Source: Carcharhinus amblyrhynchos (lineage: Eukaryota). Taken from it: DNA of 64,000 nucleotides. A program made the translations under genes and the position numbers. Positions 36,026 through 50,169 of the stretch are shown one piece after another. Within the stretch, counting starts at the first letter, position 1, and each line of letters begins with the position of its first letter. Under the pieces are notes generated by a model that ran no database searches, was not told the DNA's origin, and saw nothing but the letters and a program-made list of their open reading frames with translations. The DNA lies in the NCBI GenBank assembly GCA_965287045.1, contig OZ336887.1, positions 22,692,001 through 22,756,000 of the forward strand, given 5' to 3'.

Positions 36026-38019
36026 GAGAACAGTGGATAGAGGTGTTTTGTTTTAAAAGCATGAGGAAATGGAAGGGGAAGTGATGAGACACTGCTCTTA
36101 AGGGTTGCAATGGGCTGTATTGTCAATATCTGTGCTATAAAGTTCTATGATTCTGGGACAGGAATTTAGCAATCATTCCAGGTTCAAAGGCTGAAAACAA
36201 AAACTCAACCCTTGTCACAAAATCAAGCATATCAACACAATGAATAAACCACATCACAAGTAATTTTATAACCTACTGAACTGTGAAAATGTTTATATTT
36301 TTAAAAATAGTACTACTAAAGATTGCATAGAATAGTTAAAAAAAAACTGTTTCACCCAAATCCCTGAAGCTCACTTTTCACTATCTAAAACATAATAAGT
36401 TCTCTGTTTCTATACCCATACTTAATTTGCACCACAGTCCATCTCACTAAAAGTATTTACATTTGGCAATTTGGGTTCAGCGATAGGAAACCAACAGCTG
36501 TGTACTTGAAACCCAATCATGTTTACAACAGCAGAACCATGTACCAATGACCCCACATTTTAATGTGTCTATAGCGCTGGCTGGCTACATTTGCACTATG
36601 AAATGCAACTGATGGAGAGTCTGATGGAAGTCATCAACCTGAAACAGATGCTACCTGGCCTGTAGAATATTCCAGCATTTTAGACAAAGGAAGACTAGGT
36701 CTCCCTCCATACAAGTTATCATATTCATATCAGGATATATTGTTTCACAATGTCATTAAATCAGGACCTCATAAATTTGTTCTGATGGTTCACTCATAGC
36801 ACCAAAAGAAATCTGTGAAGTTGGCTATTTCAACCTGCAACTTTTGCTTGTTTTTTTAAAAAATAGTCACTTTTTACAGCAAGTAGAATGCACAATGTTA
36901 TGGACGGAAGACAAAACTTAATTCACCACTACTGAAATTTACACAGATTTAGTTTATATGCTTCCAATCCTGATCAGTTTTAAATTAACCAATATTATAC
37001 TATCAAGTGTCATAGGAATGTAGGTCTTTTTACTACTTCTGTTTCATTACCACCAATAAAAAAAAAGATGCTCATTCAAAGTGCTCATGTTGTATCTATC
37101 TGAACTATGGATTAACACCCAACAACACAATTTCAAAAACTCTGTCCTTCCAAAATTGAATTGTGCCTGTAGTGAAAAGAGATTAAATCTACAATGAACA
37201 TGTCGAGGTGTCTTTAGTAGGATGAAGCACTCGTAGTTTGTCACAAATGATGTTGACAACAGAAGAAACTTGATATTACATTTTGGTATTATTCAAACTA
37301 ATTGAATTATATTGATTTAAGTGTGATTTCCCAACAGTGCATTCAAACCAGCACATCAACCAGCGACAACACAGTTTACGTTGCTCGTTTGACACCAGAA
37401 TAAGGCTACTTAATGAGAGGACCAGAATTAACAACAGGCTTTCAGGTTAAGACGACATCGCTTTGCCTCAATCAATTTATCAAAAATAAAGAGCAGTCGA
37501 ATGGCAGATCAGGAATGCAAGGAAAACTTTTGTTTGGGAGGGGGCGGGGGAAATCGGGTAGCAGAATTTACGCACCAGTTACTACACGTTTTGAAATAAG
37601 ATAGTTACTTACCAGTTTTATTAGAATTACCTGAAATACACAAATCTGCCAAATGATTGGACGACACGACAGAAGGTTAGGGCAGCTATACTGAGCTGGG
37701 GCAGCCCGTCCTGAGGACACAGAATAAGCAGCTAATGGTGGGAAAATAAGTGTCCCCATCCAGTTTGTCAGTTCCCACTTCTGTATTAATACATAAATAT
37801 TTTCAAAAAGCAACTTAACTTCCTTCATAATTTATATTGAAACATTGAGGAATAAACATAAAAATAGTTCACTATAAACGAACTGTCACTCTACCCATCA
37901 GATCCCAGCGTTCTTTATCGGCTGTCGGCAAGCGAGGGAAAGCAATAACATGAACACTTTCTGAAAAAAACGAGGCAAAGAAAAACAACTTTTACAAGGA
38001 GATACCCACCACCGCTCCA

Positions 38020-38300
38020 ACGAACGCCATCTTAAATCTGAGGGAGACGATAAAGCTCGAGCAAGCAGCGCAGTCTCGCGGCGTTTTGGCGGACGGTGGA
38101 ATTGGCGCTGTGTCAGTGGGGGGCGGGGTCAGCGCGCCGTGATTGACAGGCGGCGTGTGTCACTTCCTTAGCGTCATCACACTCTCGCGGTGATTGTGAC
38201 GCAAGCGCCCCTGCCCCTATGTGTGGGAAACCCCTGGCGTTATTGCGTTGGAGACGCCATTGTTGTGGCCGAGAAGTGGTGTCGGTTTGAAATCGTGGGA
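38020..38300. promoter_or_regulatory. CpG-rich, probably bidirectional promoter (HELZ-like / RBBP6)
   Basis: CpG-dense patch in an AT-rich background; YY1-type CGCCATCTT 38025-38033, reverse CCAAT at 38101, GC box GGGGGCGGGG ~38119, TCTCGCG motifs ~38074 and ~38183, TGACGC half-sites; lies between two divergent genes. Confidence 0.75.
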
Positions 38301-39346
38301 CTTGCCATTAATGTGCTGCCCCTGTCTAGCAGTAAAAGTACTTGAATGGCTACTTATTTATTTTTTAAGTATTGGCTATAAATGAGATGCAGTGATGAGT
38401 GAGAGGTAGGGCCGCTGCAGTGCGAAGATGTGTCTAAGGAACGTTGAGGGGCCTATCGATTGGAGCTAAGCCTAGGAACCACCCGCCAGGAAGCCGGCCT
38501 GTCTTGTGTGCGGTCTGTTTGGAGTGCGGACTTTTGCGTTCCTGCATCACACCCAGTTCCCAAATCTTCCCCACCCACCCGCTCCTCCTCTTTCTTGTTT
38601 GCCCCCTTAATCTTTTGGACAATAGACCATGGATCCCACTTGTTCCTGACAAATACTTGCCGAGACAAAAAAAGAGGCGCACCTCTGGTGATACTGGGGT
38701 CTTGTGTGCGTTATGTGTATTTTTCCTCGTTTGCTTTACCGTTAATACAAGTGACTTCTTTCATTTAAAAAAATCCCGTCCCAATCTTATTTAAAAAGGA
38801 GACGATATTTAAGAGATGCTCCTGAAGACAGTGTCTGTGGGCGAGAAACTAATCTAGCACAGTCGTTGCAACAGGATTTTCCGAATGAAGGAAACCAAGA
38901 CTCAAACGTGGATCCGATTCTCTTAGATTTAAAAAAAAACTGCGCCGAGAACTACTGCATTGCGGCTTTGTAATAAAAAGGAAGAGGGAAAATAAACTGA
39001 ATATTTTTGAACTCTTTACCTTGGGAAATAAATCCTTTGGACTTCGTACAATTTCTTGGACATTTAAACTATACCATTGACTTTTGAACTATCCGGTTTA
39101 TTAGTGAGTAAAACCGCTAGTATTTAATTTTGTGCAATGTGCAGTTGAAAGCGAGCCCGTTATTTCCTGACTTTACGTCCAGTATAGTGTTTTTTTTATA
39201 AATTGCTTTAATACAACAAAGTCTAAAATACTTGAATTTCAGATATTAAATTGTGAAAAAGAGGATTTTTTTTTGTTTTTGTGTTTTGCAGTGGTAAAAG
39301 GGTAAAACTTTTTTGTGGGTAAGGCTTGTCCCATTAAAAAAACAAA

Positions 39347-39512
39347 ATGTCGTGTGTACATTACAAATTTTCTTCTAAACTGAACTATGACACGGTCACT
39401 TTCGATGGGCTTCATATTTCTTTGAGTGATCTAAAGAAAACCATCATGGCCAGGGAGAAGTTGAAGGCGGCAGATTGCGATTTACAGATCACCAACGCAC
39501 AGACTAAGGAAG
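39347..39512 (+). CDS. RBBP6: RBBP6 coding exon 1 (DWNN/ubiquitin-like domain)
   Basis: Translates MSCVHYKFSSKLNYDTVTFDGLHISLSDLKKTIMAREKLKAADCDLQITNAQTKE, near-identical to the vertebrate RBBP6 N-terminus; 166 nt, donor AG|GTAAGT at 39513. Confidence 0.97.
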
Positions 39513-39605
39513 GTAAGTTGGCCACAGTGACTTATTTCTACTTAAATACTGTTTATCAATCTGTCCTTTGTTTCATGTTGCCTCTAACTCCTATGTTACG
39601 GTAGA

Positions 39606-39616
39606 CAAGATGGCGC
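39606..39616 (+). promoter_or_regulatory. YY1-type site in RBBP6 intron 1
   Basis: CAAGATGGCGC within a second CpG-enriched patch just downstream of exon 1. Confidence 0.4.
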
Positions 39617-41619
39617 ACGTTTGCTGGATTTGTCCGATTTCGTAAGGACGTTGGCCGCAGCAAGCCGAGCTTATTAACTGTGTTTTTGGCGCTGCGATAT
39701 AACTTGCCACAATAATGGCTTCAACCTTCAGTGCAACTTAATACCCATTTATTAAAAAATCACCAAGACACCATCTACTTTTTCCTTGTGCTTTTCCGCA
39801 AGATAAGTGTTTATCTTTCCCTTTGTCAGTCATAAATTGTGCTCCCATCTCCAAGAGCACATCATGAACTTAAATAACCCGTGCAAGAACTCCAAACCTC
39901 CCAACTAATGTTTCTTAGAGGTCATTTAGCTTTCGCTGCGTCGTCTCGAAGAGTGCCCTTCAAGCGATGACGGTCTGAAGCAATGTAGTGCGCATGATGA
40001 CAGTAGTAATTGGCAAAAATTTTCATGTTCGTGGCTGTCCAACCTGGCTTGAATCCTTGTGAAAGCATCGGTTTTAAAAACCGATTGCAGTGTAAATTGA
40101 TTTTAAGGTTACGTATTGTCTACCATTGTATTTTTAAATACTAAGTTTTGAATCAATGATTTTAAAAACGACTATTTAAGAACACAATAGCTTTAGAGTT
40201 TTCAAACGTTGTGTGAAAGCTCATTTGTCATGTATTTTTCCTAATTAGTAGGATTGATCTATTGGAGTGGCTATCCTCTGAACAGAATGAAAATTCTATA
40301 ATGTTGAAGGGACAATTAGTCAACTCTTGTTGATCTAAGCCTAAATCCGCTGCCGTTTTATTGCAAGTTCATGTCAATTAAGTTGTGGAATGTAGATACT
40401 TGAACTTTTTAATCTAATTGTAGTAGTACTTTCAGCAAGATTTCAGTACCTTATGCTGTCATATAGGAATCACATCCCTCTGAGCATGGTATTCCTTGAT
40501 GTGCTTGCAGTTATCTGACATTTCCTAACAGTCCATGTGGGTGTACCTCTACCCATCAGTCCATGTGGGTGTACCTACACCACATGGACTGCAGCGGTTC
40601 AAGACAGCAGATTACCACCAACACCTCGAGCGCTTAGGGGCGGACAAATGCTGACCTGGCCAGCGATGCCCAATATATCACTTTGTTGTCCAGATAATTG
40701 AGATTGCTGTTGTCTGGTTCCACTATTACCAGTGCAGTTGTAGCTAGAGAATGATCTCCAATAGCTTCTCATGCTTCCATACAGTTGTGTGGAGTTCCAT
40801 GGGAACTGTTTTCAGCTTTTTACTTGCACCAAGCTTATTACTTGCACAACCTCAGGACGTACAAAACTACCTTACAGGCAATGTAGTCTTTGTGGTATAT
40901 CATGTAATTGTTAAATCATAACACACTGTTCAATTCCATGTGTCTGTTGAAAAAAATCCAGCTCTAACTCACCAGTTTTTCATTTGATGACTTTATTGAC
41001 TGGTTGGGCTGCTTGTCTGTCATGCAGTCCTGGGTGAGCTAAAATTTCTGTCTGCTACATGTTGGGAAGATCAAAGCTATTGTGTTTAGCCATTGCCGCA
41101 CACTATACTCCTTGCCCCTGATGTCATCTGCCTTCTTGGTGTGCATGTTGCACAGTAGCAAGTTGTTCACAACCATGATGTCTTTCTGTAAGTGGTCAGC
41201 CTCCTATATCTCTCACCCTCAACTTTGTCCTTGTCCAAAGTTCACCAAGTTCCATTCACCATCACCACCAATCTCTAACAAACAACAATCTCCAGTCCTG
41301 TAAATTTTTGGTTTAAAAATTCTGATCTTATTGTTGGAATGTTTCAATGGGCTTCTTCCAAACTTAGAATCTTCAAAGAACTGCACTCTCTAATGAACCC
41401 CGCATTTTCCTCACCCACCAGTGATCATGCCGTCAAGGCTCTCTTAATTCCCTTGCTACACCTTGCCATCTCTTGTCATCAGAATTCCTTAAACTCGTGT
41501 CTTTGACCAAGCTCTTTGTCACCTGTCCTAGTGTTTTCTTTCACAATGTCAGTTTCTACCTGCCTGCACTGCTGTGAAGTTCCTTGAGATGTTTTACTGC
41601 GTTAATAGTGTTCTATAAA

Positions 41620-41891
41620 TGTGGCATAGTGGTTAGCACTGCTGCATCACAGTGCTGGGACCCGGGTTCAATTCCTGGTTTGGGTCGCTCTTGCAGATTC
41701 TCCTTGTCTCTGTGTGGGTTTCCTCTTGGCGGTCCAATTTCCTGCCAAAGGAAGTGCTGGTTAACTGCATTGGCCATGCTAAATTCTCTCTGTACCCAAC
41801 AGGCGCTGGAGTATGGCAACTGGGGAATTTTCGTAGTAACATCATTGCAGTGTTCATGTAAACTTATTTGTGACACTAATAAATAAACTTT
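41620..41891 (+). mobile_element. HE1-related V-SINE
   Basis: GGCATAGTGGTTAGCACTGCTG..GGGTTCAATTCC head; same TTGTGACACTAATAAATAAAC tail as 14311-14672. Confidence 0.85.
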
Positions 41892-42469
41892 GATCTGTCA
41901 GACGACATACAGTGATCTCAATTTTGTGTTTCTACAATATTACTTAAGATGTCTTGTTTCAATGGATGCTGGAACAAGAAAATTAAATGGCTTGCATGTG
42001 TCTTCGCTAATGTTGATCAAATGCAGTAAGCTATGATTCAGTACTTTGGACCAGCTACATATTCATGGATAATTTCAAGACTTTGATCTTTGAGTCTTTG
42101 CCCAATGTTGATCTCTTGTGATCTGTGCTGATTGTGTTTCCCGTCATTAAAAAAGGCTGAGTTGAAGAATATTTCAAGAAATGCGTTCACCATTGTTTAA
42201 TTATTCAATTTGAATTGGAGAAAAAATAGTAATGATTGGAGGTATTTTATGATCTTGAGTTCCTTATATTTAGGACTCCATTCAGTGGCATGTATGGTTC
42301 ATCCAGTTTGATGTGATGGATATGTGACTCGAAATTCGACTGGAGTTTGCTTGTATTTTGACAGGTTATAGATGAGGATAGCATTTTAATGCTAGTTTGT
42401 CAAATAGCATTTTTTAGCTCCACAGAATTTTATCTGATTCTTGGCAAACCTGATGGTTATCAAACAGCA

Positions 42470-44270
42470 CTTAACACAGTCACAGAAAGCAGTATTAAGG
42501 CAGGTCACCAAAACCTTGGTTCAAAGACATTGGTTATTAAGAAGCATCTTAAAGGAAGAATGGGAGGAAGTGAGATTTGGAACGGGAATTTGTGAACTTT
42601 GAGTCATAGCAACTGAAGGCAGGGCCGCTAATGGGAGCATTTAAAACCGGGTGGTTCAAGAGGCTAAAATTGAAAGAGTGCAGATACTTCAACAGAAGTA
42701 AGAGATCACATAGATTGGGGAAATCCATGGTGGGCTTTGTAAACCAAGCTGAGAATTTTAAAATTGGGCATTGTTTAACCAAAGATACTGGATAAATGAG
42801 GATGGATTATGGTATTTGGTTTTAGTTAAAACAAGAGCAGCATACCTTCTAGATGAGTTCCTGGAATGATAAGAAAAATGGGAATAGGTAATTTGGCTGC
42901 TACTCCACCAGTCAGCAAGATCATAGCTAATTTGATTGTGGCCTTATTCCATTTTCTTGTCTGCCCCTGTAACCTTTGTCTAACTCTAGTTTGAATATAT
43001 TCAATGACGTGGGCACGGATTCGAAAGGCAACATTATGTTGAAGGATTTTTGAAGAGGCACAAGAGGTTGGAAATGGGACAGTAGTTTGTATTGATGGGT
43101 GGGGAATCAATGTTTTTTTTTGAGGGTGTGATGATAGCAGATTTGAAGAGAGAAAAACTACCCAAGGAGTGAGACTGGTTAATGATATCTGTTAATATGA
43201 TGACCAGAGTGGGACAGTAGGTGGTCAACAGTTGAATGGGAATAGGGTTGAGGAGCAGGGGGAAAAGATGAGCTTTGACAGGCAATGGGGGGGCGGTGAA
43301 GAAAATAAAGTAGCAAGTAAGTTCAGGGCCTTGGGGCAGCAGAAGTCTTAGATGGAGTTTGACAAGGAGGGCAGACGTACCAGATTTGATGTCCCCAATC
43401 TTAATAACCAAGTCCATGATCTCCTTGCATATTGGAGGTGAACATGGAGGGGATGGAAAGAGGGGCTGAAGACAGTTTGCTGAGGGCTGCCTTTGCTTTT
43501 CAAGATAGTCCTGGAATAGAGTTCTTGGCAGTTGTTAAAATGGCCTGATAATGTTTTATATTGTCCAGCAAGATCTGGGGATGGATAGCTGAACTGCTTG
43601 TCCTATTGGTTTCAGTCTGCATTCCTTGGAGTTGAAGTAAAGATAAGGGGTGTACTGTGTGGAGGGACCAGTGTTTAAAATATTAATGATTTAAATTAAA
43701 TATGGTGAATGAAGGGTCATGAATCAGGGGAGAGTTCTTTTACTGGGGCCAGGTTGGTGGGAACAGGTTGTGGGAAGGGGGCAATATAAGTGATCAGAAA
43801 TAGTCTTGTGTGATTCACACAATGGGAGGAACAAAGCCTCTTGAGATGGAACAGCCAAGAGGGTGGTTGTGAAGATGGGTTGGCGAGTTTCTATGAGGGA
43901 GAGACTAGATGGTAGGAAACAGTGAACTCTGAGGTGAGACAGTATGTTGAGATGGAATTTGAAATCACTAAGTATGTGAAACCCCTTGTTGCAGAGGTTG
44001 AGGAAGAAAAGCAATGAAGATATTTTAGTGAAAATTTATAACGTTCATGCAGGAGTATAGATTTGGTTTCCATGGAAGTCCAAATTTGAGAAGAAAAGAG
44101 TGCTCACTAAGGGAAAGGAGCCAGTGATGGGCAGTGGTAGTTTAATCTCGCAATTAACTTGTAGTTGGGATTAAAATGCATTTAATTTTAGGGCCAGGGA
44201 AGCTTGAATGGAAGAGATGAGACTGGGGAGAAGAAGCACAAGGGTGGGGAGCTGACCAAGCAGGAGCCAT
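42470..44270 (-). mobile_element. Degenerate L2 LINE
   Basis: Minus frames IINQSHSLGSFSLFKSAIITPSKK..NYCPISNL (RT) and ILSDFKFHLN (endonuclease GDFN-like). Confidence 0.75.
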
Positions 44271-45808
44271 TTTATATCACCAAAAAATTCATTTTGAAAA
44301 CAAAGGACTAGTCAAAATCTCTGTTGCTCTGATCTGGCAACAATATTGCCAAGACTCATCCATATCTTGCAAAGTTCTCTGACAGAACTGCTATTATATT
44401 TTAATTGAGTTTTCTTATGCACCTTTTGTAGCAAAATGTTTTCCAGCAGTTTTTAACTAAATATTAAATGATAAAAACATTTTAGTTCTTGATAAATCAG
44501 AACTTGTGTCTGTGTGTCATCAGAAATAACCATATAGCAAGTTGTGGATATTAGCCAGTTTAACGGTGAGATTTATTTGGCCTGTGGGCTCAAAAATCTG
44601 AACTACAACCCTGGGATAATTTCATTTTATGTCATTGTACCTTTAAATAATCCAGTGAATCAGCAGTTTGAACATTTAAGTTCAGTTTGCAAAATTGAAG
44701 TGTAAAACGCTTCTGTCAGTAAAAGTACTATGCAACTTAGCATTATGTAAATAAATGTAACTTCAGATGATTGATCTTGTGAAAAGTACTATTTTAAAAA
44801 CTGAAATTTCAGTTATGTCAATATTATCCGATTCATGTCATGAGGAATTTGGATGCCTTCGTTGCCATATGATTTTGATTGCTAAATGTTATGTTAAACT
44901 GAATATTATACAATAGGAAAGTCGCTGTTTATGGTTAAATATTTTTTAAATCATTCACGTTTTTATTATAGTCATTTGATAGCTACCTTTTCATATTATT
45001 TCACTGTAAGACATATCAGTCGAATAGAGATAGGGAAAAATTATATTGTGATGCTCAATGTTGTGAAGTTTTGTCCCATTGACAGGGCAAGTGTTATATT
45101 CCACAGTCCCCCATTGTGCATGCATACAAGGTTTCCATGATCACATGATTCTGCAATTTTTAAAACAGCAATCTGAATTCAGCTGAGTAATGAAATGAGC
45201 TCGTTCTACAAATGATAGATCTATTATTAAAAAGGAAAGCTGATGTGGTAATTTTAGACTGTAGATCTTCTGTATGTACAGGAATCCTTTCATGTTGAAA
45301 TGCTACTGTCTTAAGATGTGTTACGCTACTCAAATCCTCTATTGCTTTGTACTCATTCAAGATTAATCAGCATTGCACTTTTATCAATAGAACTTTCTAG
45401 TAAAGTGCTTTGGAAATTTTCACCCCAGAAGTACCGAAATTGACAAGCTCTTTAGCTTAAGAACAAATAAATCCAGTTCATGGATTGAGGTGATTTAGTG
45501 AACTTATTTTGTGAAATAAGTTTTGTTTCTCTTGCTGTTACTGCAACCATCTTCCAAATCATTGGACAAAAGGGATATTTCACTGTTGTTGTTGTTGATC
45601 TCCCAGTACATTAGTAAAAGTACATTGATGCTCTCCTTCTCCAAAAACCATTCCCAGAAAGAAACCAATGTCTGATCCCTTTGCTGTTGGATTATTAAAA
45701 AAATTAAATGAAATAATTGTGTATTCTGCAGTTTCAATTATTTCGGGAAAATGAAAGTTCTTTGTAATCTGACACCAGTAGACTAATGGTTTCCTTAATT
45801 CTTTACAG

Positions 45809-45908
45809 AATATACGGATGATAATGCTTTAATCCCCAAGAATTCATCAGTTATTATAAAAAGAATTCCTATCGGAGGCGTGAAATCTGCAGGCAAAACA
45901 TTTGTCAT
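45809..45908 (+). CDS. RBBP6: RBBP6 coding exon 2
   Basis: tttacag| acceptor, 100 nt, (E)YTDDNALIPKNSSVIIKRIPIGGVKSAGKTFV(I) with the DWNN di-glycine, donor AT|GTAAGT; phase matches exon 1. Confidence 0.97.
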
Positions 45909-47619
45909 GTAAGTAGCTGCAATTTTTTCATGAAAAATATGCATGTTGACGGGTAGCATCGTTAGAGCTTGAGAATGATTGATGCATTTCAGAACTGAAT
46001 GCCCTGTTGCTAATTGCTAAAATACAGTTCAGTCTTGTTCTTCAGTAGATGCTTGAGAAATGCGCTTCCACATTTAAATTGCTAGTCATAGGTTATGTAA
46101 TTGTTATAGTGGAAGACAATGCACTCTGCAGTCCTTTCATTCTTCATTTTTTGATGCGAATGACAGCTGATAAGATCTTGAGTTTTGTGGCCAACAGTGC
46201 AATGCAGTTTATAGCTGACGATGCATTGCAGTATCTTAGTTCTGTAATGTATTATTATATCAAATATTTTGAATGTGTGCACACATATGGTATTGTTTTG
46301 GAGGAAACAACAAAGGATGGTGATTGGTTTTAATGCAATTGCAAAATGCATAAAAATGTAGGAAGATAACTGATGTACTGCATTTCAGGGATGGCGTGCC
46401 TTGTGTGACTGATGAAACAGATTTGGTGCTGGAAAAGACCAGAATGGACTCTCATTGCACTGTTGTCCATTATGTTCACCACCTTTCTCATTTCTGTAAG
46501 CCAAACAAACTTAACTGATAACAACCTAAGCTAAATCTGATTCATCAGGCAGACCTTGCTCCTTTTTGTGAGCAAGTCTGAGGTTATTACTGAAATATTA
46601 CCAATAGATCGGACATCTCCAAGCTTTTAGCCAGTGTTATTTTGACTTCATGGGCTATTTGAGTCAATACATAGACCGTATGAAAAAGTTTACATAGTCC
46701 TGTTTGCATATGGCTTAAATTGCAGACTTAAACTGTATGTATTCCTAGTTAAGATGTATCCATAAACAATGCAGTCTTTCCAAACAAGAAGCATAATTCA
46801 CAAATAAAACTGAGTTGTAAACCCTTGGGAACTGACGATGATCATTTTCTATAATCTCAATCTAATAATTTAATTTTCCTTCTGTTTTTGCCCTGCCCAA
46901 GCACCAGCACTTTCTAATGTCTGCATTCTCAGTTTGTCTCCTTCTAAACTTGGCTAAATAAATGCAGCAGAGCCAAGACCATTTTTAAAATGTTCTTATA
47001 CTATTGGGACTGTTGTGTGAATCTTAGATCAATTTTCTGGAAATAATTGCTTGGCATAGCAGCTGCCTCTTGCAAAATTATAGCTTTGTGGAGGAGTACT
47101 TCAACATAATTATTGAATATCTCAAATGTATTTGCAGGCTAGTAATTCCATAATGGGGGTATATTCTAACAATTCGGGAAGACGTACTGGGAAGAGTACA
47201 AAGGCATTTTATCACAATGAGTTAATCCAGAATAAACTAGTTCTGTCTCTACTACTTTGTATAAGAAGAGATGCAAAACTTAAGTTTGTTGAGTAAAAGT
47301 ATTTGAAAAGTAACATTTGTAACCTTTTGTTCTTATTTCATTTCTCTTGCTACTCCCTGCATGTTAAATACAATACAATATAATATTTTCAAATCTTGAT
47401 ATAGAAAGATCATGTTAATTCAAATTCTATTAATTCAGACCCCAGTATCATAAGACTGGCAAATTGAGAATGGACACCTCCAAGATCAGTGCTAAGACCA
47501 CTGTTGTTCACCGATGCTAAATGATTTGAACTCTTGGAAGCACGATTTCAAGATTTTCAGATCATCCTAAATTGAAGGCGATGTTTAGGAGGACTGAGAC
47601 AAAATACAGGAGAGTAAAT

Positions 47620-48240
47620 GAACTTATGGAATGACATGTGAAGTATAACTGACAGATGAATTTTATTGTAGAAAAGTGAGAGGTAGTATCATGGGGTAGT
47701 GAGGACCAGGAGATCACATAATCTTTGGAAGATAAGTATCTACAAGGAATTTGGAACTACAGTTACACAAATTAACAACAATTAAAATCATAAACAAATC
47801 AAGCACTGGAGTTCATTTCTACAGGGGTAGAATTGAAAAGCAGAGAAGGTTATTAGAAGCTTGATTAGACAATACATTCAGGAAAGATTCAACTTAAAGG
47901 TGACTTGATTGAAGCTTTTGAAGATTATGTAAGGGTTTCTTAGGGTAGACATAGAGAAAGTGCTCTCATTTGCAGGTGAAGACAGAACTAGGTGCCATAA
48001 ATACGCCTCTAATGAATTCAGGAGACACTTATTTACGAATTATAGTGGGACTGTGAAACTTGCTATCACAAGAATAGTTGAGACAAATAGCATTGATACG
48101 TATGAAGGGAAGCTGGATATAAACCTGAGGGAGAAAGGTATGAAAGGGGTAGATCAAGTAGGATGGGAGGAGACTTGGGTGGAGCATGAACACTAGGATG
48201 GACCTGTTGGCAGAGTGGCCATTTTCTATGCTGTACTAAG
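47620..48240 (+). mobile_element. Old CR1 3' fragment
   Basis: GGTGACTTGATTGAAG, RTRCHK, CR1-like 3'UTR end. Confidence 0.65.
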
Positions 48241-49651
48241 TATCTGTGTGATAAAGAACCTTGCTGGCATTCCTGTGCAATACAATAGACGCTTGGTTCT
48301 TTTGGTATAACGTATTTTGTTGGTTCTTAGTATTTGACTTAATTTAGTTACAACGAGGTACATTTATACATCCAATTATAAAAGCAAAATACTTCAGATA
48401 CTAGAAATGTGAAAAGAAACAAAATGCTGGAAATACACAGCAGTTAGAAGGCTATCAATCTGAAATCTTAGCTCTTTGCATAGATTCCCAACCTGTTGAG
48501 TATTTCTAGCATCTTATGTTTTCATTTCAAAGCAAGAAGATTCATCTTTAATGGTGATGTGTTAATGTTGATCTTATGAATCTAAGTGCATACTCTTTAA
48601 ACTTGAGGCATTCATAGAAATTGTCTAACAAGTGTTGTTGCTTCTAAATATTTTTCCTGCCCATTTTTTGCACTTATAATATTCAGTATTGAATTAAGTG
48701 TAAATATCAAAGCAGGAATTAAATGACTTGGAATCGAGTAGGCTAATACAAGACTAGCATTTGTATGTATTCTGTTTCGAATGTCCAATAGCATTTCAGG
48801 TATAAGATATATCTACAAATGTGTTAATTGTGTGCACAGCAAGATCCCACAAAAGCAATGAGATGGTTGACTACTAATCTGTTATTTGCTAAAGAGGAAA
48901 AGATGTGTTAGGATGTGTCTTTGACAAGATGTAATGGCATTGTGAACATCCACACTCCCCTGAATGCTCAATTGAGTGCTCAAATCCTAGAATTTTGATT
49001 TAAAGAACACTAATTACATTTAGTATCTCCTGCTTGGGTCAGTGGAATTGCTACAAGTGGTTTCAGGGCAAAAGATTGTCAACTTTTTTTATTATTTTGA
49101 GCTCTAAACGTGAATGTCAGGATGACTGTTGTCAATACACAAGTTAGATTAACTTCTATCAGTTTGTAGAATTATTTTTATGCTCCATGAGTTGACTGTA
49201 TTGCGTATGGATCTGTCATAGGTGCTAGATTTTACTGGTGTTTGACTTCAAAACTACTTAATATCAGAATATATTGTGTAATTATCCATCAGACAAATGC
49301 ATTCAATCAAGATGATGAGGCAAGATGGATCACTGACTTTTTTTGGTTAGGACTAACACCTGAATCATTGTACTTTTTTCGGGGCCATACGATTTGTGGC
49401 TATTTTGAAACTGCATTTTGGCTATTCATTTTTTTCATTCATAAGTAATCCCTCAAGATTTCTCAAGCCCATAATTGGAACATTGGTAATTCATTATTGA
49501 AAGATTCTGTAGTTTTGTGGTTACGCATTGCCTGTAAATGATGCTTTCTTCCTCTTCACCATCTTGTTGTTTCTACATATATTTATGTTTATCTTGTGAA
49601 TGCACAGACACATGACTGTAACATCTTTACAAACTGTATTCTACTTTTCAG

Positions 49652-49688
49652 AGATCGTTCTGAACTAACAAGTGGAACATCGAAAGCA
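49652..49688 (+). CDS. RBBP6: RBBP6 coding exon 3
   Basis: cttttcag| acceptor, 37 nt, (I)DRSELTSGTSKA, donor GCA|GTATGT; size and phase as recalled for human exon 3. Confidence 0.9.
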
Positions 49689-49775
49689 GTATGTAAAACA
49701 AAAATACAATCTGAACCTTTTTCTATTCTTGATTTTGTTACATCTAAGTTGCTATTTTTAAATGATAACCATTAG
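49689..49775 (+). CDS. RBBP6: RBBP6 short-isoform tail (intron-3 read-through, isoform-3-like)
   Basis: Open frame VCKTKIQSEPFSILDFVTSKLLFLNDNH* continues exon 3; recalled human isoform 3 tail also begins VCK. Predicted product is 129 aa. Confidence 0.7.
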   Translation, partial: VCKTKIQSEPFSILDFVTSKLLFLNDNH

Positions 49776-50169
49776 ACAATGTCAATTCTTTTTAAAATAG
49801 TTTTTAAGTGCAATGCATAAACTTAAGTATACCATGATACACACCTTACCAGGGTTTGTTTTGTAATGCCTACTAAAATGCATTCGTCATATATTAAAAT
49901 ATTGATGGATAATCTTTAGAAATAATTGCCCATATCTGCACATATTATCTGTATGTGTGACCTAATAGTGGTGCAATATAATGCACTGTATTTCACATTG
50001 AAAATGCTAGTTAATTTCTGTATGACTCAAATGTTGTACAGATCAGTGTATGATCATTTTCGGAGCTTGTGGTTCAACAGTCTACTATGGTGAACATGAA
50101 AGTGTTCATGTGATGTCTGTCTTTATTTAGTATTACATGTGTATAGGCTATGTGCATTCTGTTTATTCA

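Noticed and set aside
38434-38794. Cluster of ORFs in the promoter/5' leader
   Set aside because: Mostly non-ATG starts in GC-richer sequence; no recognisable protein.
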